Source of the DNA: Halocafeteria seosinensis
Taxonomy: Eukaryota
Assembly (NCBI GenBank): GCA_001687465.1
Contig: LVLI01000217.1
Span: 62,001 to 126,000 of the forward strand
DNA length: 64,000 nt
Reading direction: 5' to 3'
Shown here: positions 24,401 through 37,939 of the stretch, piece after piece
How the letters are laid out: each line of letters starts with the position of its first letter
Position numbering within the stretch: the first letter of the stretch is position 1
Notes under the pieces: model-generated
Databases searched by the model: none
Seen by the model: the letters and a program-made list of their open reading frames with translations, nothing else
Told to the model about the DNA's origin: nothing
Made by a program: the position numbers and the translations under genes

Positions 24401-27400
24401 ATCCGCTGGACCACGAACTTTTTGGTCATTGATTTGCATAGTTCTTCGTAAAAGAAGTCCTCATGCAAGTGCAACGGGGCAGTCAAAGGCAGCAGTTTAG
24501 GGATGGTTGACGGGCAAATTTCTCTTCTCAAGATCTTGAGACTCTCCTCGCCCAATAACGAGTGGATTGGTAACCTTTCCCGTGCTCTTCCATCAATCAG
24601 ACTCAGATTTTTGGGATCCCACAACTGTACATCGGAAACAAAATATGTCCCTGCTCTTGATCTCCATAGTGGCTGCGACACTTCCTCAGCCAATGGCTGA
24701 GCATTTCTGCGATAGTTCCTGAGAGCCAATGTAAGCTGAACTATCCTGTCGCATTCGCACGAATGAAAATGTTCCTTCAAAACATTGGAAACGAAGAGAA
24801 TGCGTTCATAGTCGTATGGGTTAATTGTGTACAACGCGTTTTTGAGTACATCGAAAGTGACGGAACGCTCAAGTTGTTCCAAAACGTCCTTGATCAGGGG
24901 CTTCCATTTATGGAAGTAGTCCTGAAAGCGACAATCAAGTAGCACCCACTCTAGGACACGCGTGAGGGCACTTTGTGGGGGTATTTTATAACAGGAACAA
25001 TATGCCGCAATCGTGTTAATAGTACAGAATTCCCCTACGACCCTTACAAAGTGCTCTTGACCCCACGTCTTTACTTCCTCCATTGCTGACTCAATAGAAG
25101 TAACGCTTCTGTCACCACCAGTTCCAAGACGAATGACATCAGAGTCACACATTTTGCCTCTCAAAACCTTGTACCAGCAGTAATGCTCTTGTAGCTGTTG
25201 GCAGATATCTGTCAGTTCTTTGTCCCCAAATGCCAGAGCAACGCGACTCCCAACGTTAGCTACGGATACCAAAGACTCCGGTTTGCAGATCACCTGGGGT
25301 AGAAGGGTTCGTACTGCGTCGAGGGCAAGTTCAGCTGACTGATGCAATAGATACGCTGAGCAAAGATCGAGGTCCATCAAACTTGAGTCGAAGACAGCCG
25401 AGGAAAGGAGCCCGAAAATGTTCGTGCTATCTTCTCTGCGACTTTCGGTTGCAGGCATTTTTATCATGAGCGTTCGCAAAGACAACTGGCGAGCACCACG
25501 ATCCAGCAGACACTGAATTGTTGTGTCCCTGCTGATCTTGTCACTTGATAGTATCCACGATATGAGATGCTCAGTTTCCGGGCTATCTCGTTCTAGAAGA
25601 GAGGTAGTGTCAGTGAAATGGCTCCGGAATTTTCGATATACGTCTAGATCAATGGATTGAGAACTGTCGTCGTCTTCCTGTACCTCCATAGTCTCGGAAC
25701 CAAAGAACTTCCGACTCAATGAAGAGCTCCCTCGCGTGTCGTCACGCTGTCGTAATTCATTTCTCCACGCCGTAATCACAGATCCGAAAGGATCATTTGA
25801 CGAAAGCGACTTGCATTGATTTGATTCATCCAAATCCGAATTCTTCCATACCCATTCCGAGGTCTCGACTTGTTGCCAAACTTCAAACACTCCTGAGATG
25901 TCGTCATCTGGGCAGGCGGCTAGTGACTGCTTCGTTATTTCTGTACCGGCCGAAGGTATATACTCTTTACACACAGACGAATTTGAAGTGACGGACATAT
26001 TTTTAGCAACGTTGCATAAATTCTTGAAAACTGTACTGTTACTGCGTCCCTGCTGGGTCAACAATATGCTCTCATCAAGACGTGCTGCAGTATGGGCAAA
26101 AGGAATCTGCCCAACTTTGTTCTTCGCATCCCCACAATATTTTGAGACTATCGAAGGGACGCTGAGGCCAAAAAGTGAGAGAACGCGTTTCAGACGACCT
26201 GTTTGTTGGTGACATAACGCAAAGTCGGGGCTCTTGTCGCAGCCACGGTTTTCAGGTTTATTACAAAGTTCTCCAATGACCCGCGTCAAGCACTCCTCTT
26301 GAAGTGAGCGGTCTTCTAAGAACGAGAAAGCGGGCTGAATACCAAACTCCGAAGATAACGAGATGCATCTCTGCGCATAATCGATCCAGCGAAGTAGAGT
26401 GTCCTTCCCATTTGCCGGCTCTCCTAGATCTATGCATGCAGTTGCAAGTGTAATAAGAGACTCATTTAACCCAATAAATTCTTGAATTGATTCTCCCTTC
26501 GGGGTCTGTTCCAATCCAACGACTGAGCTAACGATATCGGTGCCAACTTTACGAGCGTTTGAGGAACTATGTGCTATGCGTTCGAGACAAAATTGCAGCG
26601 CCTCTTCTGCTGCCTTGGCAATGTGATTTTGGTCAATGTCATACAAGCAATCGAGAAGCGATGAATCCATAATCATACAAGCTAGGGTATTTCGATAACC
26701 ACCATTCTCGCTCGACAGACACTTCAGTGGAGAGACAAACTCAAGCAGCCGCTCGTCCTCTACAATGGTTTCCCCCAAGATGCACTGGATAGCCTCGTTC
26801 AAACTCAACGGAATGTTCTTCGAGAACGAGGAAAGGAGTTTCGCCGATATTTGGTCACTGTCCTCGGCATTGCGTTGGCGAAATTCAATCCAACGCTTCA
26901 GCACGAGCGGATACAATATTGCTATCTGTAAAGACAGCTCTCTGTTCTTCTTCTGTGAACTCGTGCCATCGTTTCTTTGGTTGTATAGAACCGTGCATTC
27001 TAAAAAATTTGTGTGTAGCGCTTGAGCACTAAGCATTGAAGTGCCGGAAAACACCAGAGAATGCAGCAGAGTTCCGCAACTGCAGGAACCAGACATCATA
27101 CGACAACATGCAGTCCATGCTTGAACATTATCGGATAAATTCACTTGAACCATATTGTACTGATACAGTACATCTCGAATAATCATCAAACGCTCTTGTT
27201 GGGACAAATCATCGACATTGGAGACATCCCATCGCCGAATATCATTAAGCAGGCGATAGCAGCTCTCAGCATAAGGGGGTATACACACTTTTAAGAACTC
27301 AATGGCCGTTGATGCCCTAACAGAACAGCTACTTATACATCTTATTACAGTATCAATGCGCTCTTCGAGTTCCGTATCTCCCGGCTCATAAGCCTGCAAA

Positions 27401-30269
27401 AGCGAAATACGAGAGCAGTATAATCGGCTCGGACCAATTCGAACGAAACCAAGTACAAGCGCGTACCTCGCAGCAAAGCTCTTGGACATAAGAATTCAGC
27501 AAAGCATCTGCGTGGACATTATGCCGCCGACAGAAGGGGACAAAATGGTTTTTGATGTGAGCGCGAAGCTGACCGGAGGTCTGGCAATTATCAAGGACAG
27601 CAATGCCGATACCATCGAGCGTCATCTCTTGAAACTGCTCTAAAGAAAGCGAGACGTTGTGCTGGAAACGTAGTAAAAACAACTCTAGCAATTGAAGCCA
27701 ATGAGACTTTGCATTGGCAGAACATTCTCTTAGAAAATTCATAGTAGTCTGATGGAGTTTGTCACGCTCCAAACAACGTTCTATGGAGTTTATTCTCCAC
27801 GCTGATGGAAACGCACTTCTCACTGTACGATTAAAAACATCATCAGAGCTCAAATTGGATACCAATTGATCCCATCTTTTTTCATCGTCATGTCCTGCTT
27901 TATCTTGCCAATACGATTCACTGTCTCTGAAGGACTTCAACAGACGCAAGGTCTCCAACTCTCCAGTCTGCTTGGTTTCCAACACTGGTTTCAGACAATC
28001 ACTAAGCACGGCGTTTCCACCTCTTAGACAGACTGTCATCAGCAGCACTGCATCCATTGTGTTCGTCGGCGATTGGGCCATGTTGAGCGTCATTCGTGTG
28101 CCCCATCGTTCTAGGCTTTCCACCGTCGAAGCACCTAAGCAAGACGTAAACCGATCGGAAAGTAAGTCAGTCAAGACATCTACTTCGCTGGAGCTCATAT
28201 CACTATGCCGATCAATGATTTTCTGTGCAATCAATGCAGCCACCCGAGGGTAAGGCAGCATCTCCCACAAAACGGTCAGTGACTCCAGGGCATGCAGTCT
28301 TTCAAGCGCAGACGAAAGATCTGTCTTAACAAAACTTCTCCACTCGAAAAGTCCCGAGAATACCTCTTTCCAGCACCTCCATTTTTTTAACGTAAAGTAT
28401 ACAACTGTGTAAGCATCCTGGATAGTATCGATATCATCCGTACCAAACGGTTCAATGAAGTCCTGTAAGTCCATTATCTGATCCTCAGAACTTTGTTCTT
28501 GGAGTTTTTCATACGACATCCTCAAACCAAACTCCAATAGCCTTTGCTGATTGCTATGCTCCTGGCAAAATGTGGTTAAACACGTTTCAGAAACAAACGT
28601 TGGGAGCTCTCCATTCAATTCCTCAAGTTTACCAGCCAATTCTTGGATAATGCCATCTTCATATTCCCCTCCGGTTTTTTGGTTAGTTATTCGGGACGAC
28701 AAGACTGACGCTTCAGCGCATCTGATGTCTTCAAGGGGAATATCGTTGGCATTTGCGAATTCCCGAGCTTTTTCCATTTCCCCATTTGCTACAAGCGCCT
28801 CAAGTTGGTCCGTAAGACTTTGCATCTGCTCTTCTTCAGGTGTTGGTGTTAGCAGTGTAAGTACTATGCCAGTTGGGCAAAGCTGCAGCGAAAAGATATG
28901 AGCGAATCCGGAACTTGGGGCATTGAGATTCTCAAAGTGGCTTCCTTGAAGAGAGGCCACTGTTTTCACACTGAAAGTTGATTCCCTAAATTGAACATTC
29001 TGCAGTCGGATTTCATTTGTTCCACCTTCCACTACGGCAACGTAGACGTGTGCAGGAACCTCTTCGGCACTAAGCATCTGCACGTCATCGGGGGGTATAA
29101 ATTCAAAATCGCAAACTTTGGTGAAATCGCCGCGCTCCGGATGAAGGCGCTCAAACCCTTTCGATGTCCGGTGGAATAGGAAAACGAAACCATCGGTGGA
29201 TACAAGGGCAAGCTTGCAGCCAAAATGATCCCATACGACTTTTGAGACGCCTTTAACGTCCAGAGATTCTGGTGTAAACCTCTCTAAAAGCTCCATTTTA
29301 GCTTCGGAAGTGTTCGACAATTGATAAATATCAGTAACACTCTGAGTCCCAATACCTGCCACCGCTAGGAGGGTCCACTCTGCTGTCCAGTATTGATCAA
29401 TAGACAGTACAGTGTTGTCTATTCCATCTTGAAGTGTCATCGCTGCCCGCTTAATGGAGCGGAGATCACTACCATTTTTGGCTTTCTCAATGCTAGTCAG
29501 ATTCACATTCAACAGACGTCTCACCTCTCCGTTCGTACTGCACATTAATATATCCGGTGAGGCTTCGCAGAATGCAGGCACAGAAGTGAAACGAACGGCA
29601 CAGAAGGTCGATTTAGGTGCGTCGCCTTGTGCGTTATGCATTTTATCTGGATTGAACATTTTCTTTCTAAAGAGAAGGTCGCCGTCGCTCTTGAGGAAAT
29701 GGGCAAAGCCTGCTGAGTCGCCGACGATGATGAACTCTCCATCGGGACTAAAGTCTGCTTCCTCGCAAATATCATCCTGAGACAAGCGTACACTCTTTAC
29801 AAATTCCTCATCTTCAATCATTCCATCTGCAAACGCCATGGAAGTGTCGGGAGGAGGTACCCTTGAAGGAAAACAGCTTACCTTCATCAACCTTGAACGA
29901 GAAGATATGTACCCGAGGACCGTTGAGTACGGCTACCTTTTCTGTAAACATGCAATTCTCAGGGGTGCTAGAGAGTCCCACGGGTGGCCACGATACTAGA
30001 CGGGGTGACGATTCCTCCAGCGCGTCACGTGATAATGATGCTGCGTTAGCACACGAGTCATCAAGATTAACTTCTGGTGGTAAAATTCGAGCAATCCGCT
30101 TCAATACGAAATCTTGATTCTCGTTCTCCTGCGCAGCCATTTGAATCCGTGGTATCAAGACATCTCCGTATGGCTTTGCACTCCTTGCACTTACTTTCTG
30201 CTGTTGCTGCTCATCCTCTTCTGCATCATCTGAGGACTTGTTCACCAGCCATTCGATCTTGGCCGGCAT
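21460..30269 (-). CDS. KNTC1: Kinetochore protein ROD/KNTC1-like (~2890 aa, 3 exons)
   Basis: Introns 29881-29827 and 27466-27394 join three ORFs. An N-terminal beta-propeller-like region precedes a long helical solenoid; INPYDYERILFV and RERLPIHSLL resemble KNTC1 motifs. Confidence 0.7.
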
Positions 30270-30627
30270 CGTGGAAGAGAGAAATCAACGTCGGAAGGGA
30301 TCGAAATGCTTCCTAAACGGCAAGAGATGGCACCTTCACAAACCCTTCTTCTTCTAGGGTTCTGAAAACAGAAGCAACAGCAAAAAAAAATAAAACTAAA
30401 ATTAAACTACACCTATATGCTTCAAGCTTTGGTTCCTTCTTTTCCTTTTTCTTTCTTTTATCAGAGTCAATTGACTGCACCAAACTACTTACCCTTCCTC
30501 CATGCATCCGGTCCGGGCGCAAAGCCCGGAAAGCCAGGTCTGGCCGCCAAGATCGACTGGAGAAGAGACAGTCTGGCTGCCTTCATCCGGTGTATGGTGC
30601 TGTCTACGGTTGGTTGGATAAACCAGT

Positions 30628-30676
30628 TCTCTCTCTCTCTCTCTCTTTCTTTTTGTGTGTGTGTGTGTGTCTGTGT
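30628..30676. repeat. Compound (CT)n/(GT)n microsatellite in a divergent promoter region
   Basis: tctctctctctctctc...gtgtgtgtgtgtgtgt. Confidence 0.85.
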
Positions 30677-30849
30677 TAGTGGGCTTGCTACAGGACACGG
30701 AAACGAGGAAAAATAAGTGCTCGGCACGTATCGTGGTGAGAGAATAGGAGACATTAAGGCCTCATTAAGGGCTTTTTGTCGACCGACGTCCGACAATGGT
30801 GGGCACACAGTATAGGCAGGATCGTCGAGTCGCTCGTACCGCAACGAAA

Positions 30850-33096
30850 ATGAATCTATGGAAGACAGCTATATTGTCAATAGCGTTTGTTTCTTTCCTT
30901 GGATCTTGCGTCGTAATACTCCAGCCGAATGATATGATCAGCTCCTGGGGAGGGCTTTTATCAGCTCCTCTTGATATAATTAGTTTTCCCGGTGCGGAGG
31001 CAGCAGGAAGGAAGTATGGCACCCCCAAACGACCTATCCGAGAGCAACAGGAGGTTGATGGGGATGAGGCGACGGAGAAACCCGCGACAAGCAGTGGTCG
31101 ACGCAGACCCAAACGGAAACCATCAAACCTAGATTTGGGCATGGATATTGATTTTGATGAATTAGAGGAACTGACAGACGATGAAGATCGGGACGCTGAA
31201 CTAAGTCCAGTAGATAAGGCTTGGAAAATAACGGAGGAGGCACTAAAACTAGCCAATGACAACCAACTTTTGCTGGCATTGCCAAAGTTCCAGGAAGCAA
31301 CCGAATTAGGACCTGGTATTGCTCAATTCTGGAATAACTTGGGAGTAACAGAAATGAGAATGGGGAAACTAAAGGCTGCGTACAAGCATTTTAACGAGGC
31401 TTTGAAAGTTGACCCCAAGGACAAGGCCCCGCTCAGCAATTTGGACGACCTACTGGGGTTCTTGAGAAAGCCACATGGAGCTTCCATGTTAGTAACAGAT
31501 CGCAGTGCCGAGGACATCCCTCCCGAGGTATTGCATCCTGAGACTGATGAAGGGGAGGATGAAGACGAGGATTTTGACTTGGATGAGCTACTGCCGCAGA
31601 GGAAGAAGTCTGCTCAGCCTGCACGCAGAGAAGCGAGTTCGTTCTCATCACCGGAAGACTCAGCGAATGAATACTTAGAGAACGGCAGGGTATTTAAAGG
31701 GAGCGGAAGCGCACCCCCTCGTGAAGGGGAACAGCGTCAGGAGAAAGACCAGCCTCCTGTGAAAGCAAAAGGCGGGATCCAACACACCGTTCGATATCTA
31801 CCTCGTATCTCTGTGCATGAACTGTACGCACCGGAAAATTTGCGATTCAGAACTGCGCAGAAACCGTTTATTCTAACGAATATCACCGACCTGTCTGGCT
31901 GGAGTCGTTCCAAGCACCACAAATGGAGTTTCGAATATTTCAAGAACCATGAAATGCGATCTGCCATGGTCGACTTCTATCCTCATAACATGGTAAGTGA
32001 TTACCGACTGTTCATAGAATGGACGCTCTGTTGACTCTTTAGGCTCCTTTGATAGTCATTTGCAGGAAAAGGAAAACGTGAGCCCCTTTATGATTCCCCT
32101 CGAAGAGGCAATGGATGAATTGCAGAACCCCAGTGGCAAGTATCCCAGGAGCAAGTATCGCCCAGGGCAATACGTGCAATGGAATATGAACCAGAAGCAG
32201 TGGCAGAATATGAAAGATGAGGTTGGAAGCTTACCAGAACAGTTAACCATGGATGATTATTGGTTCGAGGGCTGTTTAGAAGATGAAAAGCTCATAAGCC
32301 AGTATTACATTGCTACACACTGGAACATGATTCTTATGGGTAATAAAGGTGCAGGAATGTTCAATCATTGGGACATTTTGAAGACGAGCAGCTGGCAATT
32401 TCAGGCTCGAGGTTCCAAGAAGTGGCATATATGCCCACCCAGTGAGGTCGATAAGGTATGTTTCGATTCATTGTGTCTTATCTCTTTCCTACCAAAGTCG
32501 AAATACTTGCATTCTCTCAGATGTATGAGGCTGGGGCTGTAGATAGCTTTAACCCAGACTACAAAGCATACCCGTCGTTCAAGGAAGCGGACTGCTATTT
32601 GGATACCGTACATGAAGGTATGAAAGAAGAAGGAGTATCTAGATTTCCTTTCTTTCTCCGATACTCTATGCATTTGATGTACAGGAGAGGCAATATTTTA
32701 TCAGAAGGACTACTGGCACCAAACTGAGAACTTGGACGATGAGAATTTCGCTCTCAGCGGTAAGTCGCAGAACTCTCGCCGGGGAAAAGTAGCAGGCTAC
32801 ACGCCCACTACCTCTTTTGTGTATACAACTCAGGCACGAGTGTGGACTGGCTTAACCATGAATCTGTTGCGAATGAACTCGTATCAGAATGCTCAGGGTC
32901 GACCAAGAGGCTTCAAATGCTAACTCCTCCCTTGTGCAAAAAGCTCTTCAATTGCTACGAGTGGTGGAGACATGCATTTGCTGGCGAGTACAAGGGTTAC
33001 TCTCCAAATGCTCAGACACCGGGTGATTTGGGACGTGCGAAAGGCGTTGGAACCTTCGAATCTCTCGGCGTTTGTCCAAATGAACAGTCAAACTAA
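30850..33096 (+). CDS. TPR + JmjC-domain protein with N-terminal signal/anchor; multi-exon
   Basis: N-terminus MNLWKTAILSIAFVSFLGSCVV; TPR AQFWNNLGVTEMRMGKLKAAYKHFNEALKVDP; JmjC KPFILTN, GAGMFNHWD (HxD), QARGSKKW and YWHQTENLD. Introns start at 31993, 32456, 32618 and 32760. Confidence 0.85.
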
Positions 33097-33795
33097 GGTG
33101 TTCGGTGCTTACCAGTCAGTAAGTATCACAGCTTGGCGTATCTAAGAGCTGCTCAGGAACTCGAGTCCCGATATAGCATTTTCGCATAATAACTTTTGCT
33201 CGTATATGTGGTCAAATTTGGCGCCATCCTAACCATACAATGAACTGTGGAAGTAGAGCACATTGGTAGGAGCAAATATAATACAGGAATCATGAGAACG
33301 TAACTGTAACTGTACCGATCGAAGATATCTGCAATTTCGTTTGCTCTGAATCGTGTGCTCCAGCAGCCTCTCCCTTATTGTAGTTCATCGAATGGAATTG
33401 GAGGATGGATGCAAGGGTCATCCACTCAGACATGATGCACGTGGCCGGAATTCTGATGACTCAATCAGCTTAAGTTATAGTCGCAATGAAGCAAGGAAAC
33501 GTCGTCTTAGCTACATTGAAGATGCCGGAAGCATTTCTTTGGTTCCTTAGTGTACGTGACTCCACGCAGTACGATTGACACTTTTGGGTTACTTGGAGGG
33601 CAACGTTCCACATAAGCATCATCGTTCGTCATGCTCAAATTGCAGCTCAATCCAGGTATGCTGCTGTAGCAATGGGCATTGGGTAGTGTGACACACGGTT
33701 TGCCAGAGTGCCTTGTGCTCATGAGCAGCTTCTTGTTGTGGGCTCCATCTCTGAGCAAACAAGCAACCTATACAATGCGGATTCTGGCCTGTGAG

Positions 33796-35138
33796 CTATC
33801 GTTCCGGGGTAATGTGCACCCTTCGGACGCTGCTGCTTCTAAAATCTATTGTTCTTGTACTCTTGTTTGTAATATCTTCCTCCGGTTTCCAGCCAACGAG
33901 ATTGCGGCTAGACTTTTGGACACTGTCTCTTCTAGGAGTCCAAGCCCCTGAGTTTTGCAACGTGCTGCCACCGGGAGGCCGACCTCGGGAGATTGTTCTT
34001 ACCGATATGTTTGCCCAGTGGGAGTGTTTGTTACTTTTGAATGTGGCTGTGTGATGACGTGCCCCGGTTATGGTATGATGTAATCCTCTAGTCGTCCTTC
34101 TACTCTTCTCTACCACGGGATGGATTAGCCGCAGATCTTCCACGTGAAAAGCGCTAGTGACAAAGAGAGTCAAGAGAAGCAGCATTTCTTGGGATAAGAT
34201 ACGAAAGAGTATGGATATATCGTCACGGATTTCCACGTTTTCCAGCATTACAAAGACCAAGTAGGGCACCGTTGTGAGCGTAACGGAGAGAATTATTTTC
34301 ATGGTCCTTCTGTAAAAGCTGTCGATTCCTGATAGCGCATCCGTATCTTCAAAATACTTTGCTTCCATCAGTAGCAAAATTGATTTGCCAAGTCGATAAG
34401 CTATTCGTCCACCGGAAAATATAACGGCCGCCAGAATTCCGACAAAATACAACATCCATGTCCCGGCAAGTACCCATCTGCCGACACGGCCCACTGTGAG
34501 ACCTCCAAGCATTAGGACTACGTAAATAGCGATACAAATGCGCATCGTTCTTATAGAATCAACAACATTGTACACGGTCTTGTGTATAGGAGCGTTATAC
34601 ACCTCGTTCCTGCGGTGGAATTCACGCTGCATCAAGAGGTACTATCGGAGTTTGTTGATTCCAAAGACGTACCAGTACAGTATAACGGTAATCAGTCCAA
34701 ATGCGATCCCTCCAGTTCCTGTACATAACAGCGCTAGCTTTACAATATTGGCTTGGGCTTCATCGAAAATTCCCTTCGATAACAGTTGCACAATCTCGAA
34801 AATTGCCGTGAAGAGCAACGCTGCACTATACTTACAAATTCATACCAGGCAGCATCACTACTAACATCGAACTCAACCTTACCAGTAGCGCTAGCCAGAA
34901 AGTGCTGATGAACTGTAATTTGGATAGGCGTATCCTTTCCCTTGTAAATGCGTTGCAAGCCACACTTCGACCGAAATATCTGAACAAGCAAACATAGTTA
35001 ACGTCAAAAATTAGCAACGTGCCACTCTCTTTGACTGACAGGAAAAGGGCAACTTACATATAGAATGACCGTATACAGCCAGCAGCATATTAGTTGGGCA
35101 AGTAAAAAAATAGAGACCTTTTCAACGGAGGCAGTCAT
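33796..35138 (-). CDS. Multi-pass membrane protein, THH1/TOM1 (DUF1084)/GPR137-like; 4 exons
   Basis: Introns 35057-34980, 34882-34821 and 34672-34610 give an open frame with about 7 hydrophobic helices, the motif ILYWNEVY and a Ser/Arg-rich tail. Confidence 0.55.
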
Positions 35139-35462
35139 GGTATAGCACCAGGATACGTTCGGTCACGTCGCTGCTCCGCTGCTACCGTCAGTGACTTTTG
35201 ACATCGAATTGTGTTCCACCATAGCATATACGAGAATCGTTGCGGGTATGGATGGTGACTCAGATAATGAAGCACAAAACAGGCCTTGTTTGTGGGAACA
35301 CTACACAGTATATACTGCAGAATGGCGACGAGCTTGAAGTTGCAATAACAAATCATTACAAATGATAACGTCCCCGCCGGACTCCCCGGACTCGAGTCTC
35401 AAGCTAAAGTTGATACAGCCAAAAAAAGTCGTTTATGAAACGAAGAGAAAATCGTTGCATTA

Positions 35463-36113
35463 TTACTTATTTACATCGTCTCTTCCGCGATAGCGCTTCC
35501 TACCTAAACTATTCTCTGTCCTCGGCGGCATGGCAACGGGTTCCCCTTCTCTACCCCTTTTTCGGGAATAAGACGAACAGGAAGAATCAGCTGCTCCATC
35601 ATGAACTGAATATTGTGCTTCCGTTGAAGCGACTGGAGGTATTGCAGCCGAGCCTTCAGTATCTGCATGACTATGTACTCCGTTTGTGGAGGCATCACCA
35701 CCGCTAGACATGCTCACCGATTCGGGCCTTAACTCTCGCTCTGAAGATTGGTTGGGTACTTGATGACTTGTATTAGCAGGTGCAGCGAAGCAAAAGTGAG
35801 CTTGCTGTTGGGAACGCTGTGTTTGTTGAAGTCGCTGTTGCCTTTCCATGTGAAGTTGCTTGAGTAGCTGGTTCATGGAACCGTACTGTTCACTGAAGCT
35901 TAGACCTCTCTGTCCCTTAGGTCCACCGTTTATACTGCAAGTAGAATTGACATCAGCACTTCTACTACCGATTTCTGGCTCTCCTCCATTGGCTACAGGT
36001 GAAGAGGAAGGCAAGAAACAGCTTCGCTTAAAACTTTCTTGCATCTCTTCATCAGTGTCTATCTCATTTCCTTCCTGTCTTCCCCTCTTTTGCCCCCTGC
36101 AAGAGTGCATCAA
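35463..36113 (-). CDS. Small low-complexity nuclear protein with a FAM104/VCF-like helix
   Basis: 216-aa ORF with basic KRGR patches and QYGSMNQLLKQLHMERQQR. Confidence 0.55.
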   Translation of the reverse strand: MMHSCRGQKRGRQEGNEIDTDEEMQESFKRSCFLPSSSPVANGGEPEIGSRSADVNSTCSINGGPKGQRGLSFSEQYGSMNQLLKQLHMERQQRLQQTQRSQQQAHFCFAAPANTSHQVPNQSSERELRPESVSMSSGGDASTNGVHSHADTEGSAAIPPVASTEAQYSVHDGAADSSCSSYSRKRGREGEPVAMPPRTENSLGRKRYRGRDDVNK

Positions 36114-36748
36114 GAATCTCAGGAGAGTTTAGCAATAATTACCCAAGAAATACGAGCAATGAAGTCTGGAGTTCCAACATACGCAAATCCACCCGGGCCA
36201 TCGGGACCATCGCCCATTCTCAAGGCCTTACGAACGTGTATTCTTCTCCCTATGACAGGCCAAGAGACAATTTTAGGTATCCTTCAACTCGATGCTAGTT
36301 ATCATGGGACAAACTCTCTGATATAGCCATATTTACGTCGTATCTGCGAGAAGTTTTTTAAATTGCTTTCAAGGAAGTCAACCCTGTTATACTGAGTATT
36401 TTTCTCCTGTCTCTGTCCAATTCCACCAAGAGATGACACCATCCATTTCAAATTTCCTTTAAACAATTATATAATATCATGTACTTCTCTGTGTATGTTT
36501 ATAGCCTCGCTGGGAACAGACCTTTTCCAACTTCAACTTCGAACGTGCAACGTGGGGCCTGGGTAGAACAACAACTTGCCAACAAGGCCTCATTGAAAGG
36601 TAAAGCATGTAGGAAATGTTATGGATCCATTCGCCTCTCTAGTGTAGTTGGTGGGTCAAGTGGTGGGAAAAGTGGATGAGCATGTATATATCCATTCATG
36701 ATCGAGGTTGAACTTCATTACAACCACTGTTGACAACACCAGGTTCTG

Positions 36749-37939
36749 ATGCCCAAAGAGGACGAAACGCAAGAACAACATCAGGCAAGCACGAACGCGA
36801 GAGAGGAGACTAGATATGAGACATACGAGGAGCTCTTCTCCACGGACTACGCAGGTCTGGAGAAGAGACTTATTCAAGAAGGTAGACGCCGCCGTCAAGA
36901 TTACGTGATGAATTGCTTGAAAGCGAGTTATGCTTGGATTAATTCTAGTTTCACCAGGAGAGTATTCAGCATGTGCTGGGAAATGCCTAGTACGGTTGGC
37001 GATGGACGAGAACCGATCATCCTGGCGACTGAGTACTACTCTGACACACCATCCAAGTCCACTGCGCGCGCTCACAAATCTCCAGACCCCTCAATGGTCC
37101 TTATCTGGAACAGTATACTGCTTTGTTTATTGAACATCGCCAAGAATCTTCAGTTACATCTTCCTAACAGGATACAAATCGAAGATGCCCGAAGTCTTGG
37201 GTACATAGAGGATGGCGAAGCAACAAGACTGACTATACAGGGCTTTCCCCAGCATGTAACCAGTATACCTGATCGGCCTGTGGCTACTTCTCACAGACGG
37301 TCCGCAACAGAATCGGGTGGTGGTATGAATTACGGTGTATCTCGAGAATCGCCCTTGTCTACAAGCAGTCCGCGTAAGACTCCAAGCTTTCCAGAGGAGT
37401 CTGAACGGCCAGCCTCCTCCCAAACTGTGAGAGACCGCTCACAAAGCAAAGACGGCGAGTCGCCTGCTACAATTCCTGCTCAATCGAATCGTACACGGAG
37501 TCTCGAAAGAGCATACGAAGTGCTGCATGAGTTGCGGCGTCATTCCATTTCTGCGGAGTCGCAACTCAAGTGGTCCGGCGTTTCTACGGGTGGACGACAG
37601 GGCACCAATTTCGAAGGTAGTAGCTCGGCAGAGAGTGATGTTAAAGATTCCCAGAGACTAAATGGAGGAAGTGTCGGAGAAAGTAGTGGAAACTTGGAAG
37701 AGTCGTACTTTTTTGCTCCGGAGCACCACGAAGAATATCAGTTGTGGTTTGAATGTGTACCAAATTCTTCAAAAGAGTTTGCTCGAGTGATGTATCTATT
37801 GGACATGAATGCATTCACTATTCTATCGGAAACAGGTCTGTTAAGGGAAACTGCACTGAGTGACAGCCGTCTGCATTGGAACCAACCGTCTTCCGACGGC
37901 GCATTCTTCCAGCATCTGCTGAAACTGAGCTCTCATTGA
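36749..37939 (+). CDS. Hypothetical protein (5' end uncertain)
   Basis: 396-aa ORF with helical segments flanking a Ser-rich disordered middle; no recognisable motif. Confidence 0.55.
   Translation: MPKEDETQEQHQASTNAREETRYETYEELFSTDYAGLEKRLIQEGRRRRQDYVMNCLKASYAWINSSFTRRVFSMCWEMPSTVGDGREPIILATEYYSDTPSKSTARAHKSPDPSMVLIWNSILLCLLNIAKNLQLHLPNRIQIEDARSLGYIEDGEATRLTIQGFPQHVTSIPDRPVATSHRRSATESGGGMNYGVSRESPLSTSSPRKTPSFPEESERPASSQTVRDRSQSKDGESPATIPAQSNRTRSLERAYEVLHELRRHSISAESQLKWSGVSTGGRQGTNFEGSSSAESDVKDSQRLNGGSVGESSGNLEESYFFAPEHHEEYQLWFECVPNSSKEFARVMYLLDMNAFTILSETGLLRETALSDSRLHWNQPSSDGAFFQHLLKLSSH

Noticed and set aside
33100..33790. Short ORFs between the JmjC and membrane-protein genes
   Set aside because: No recognisable product or splice structure.
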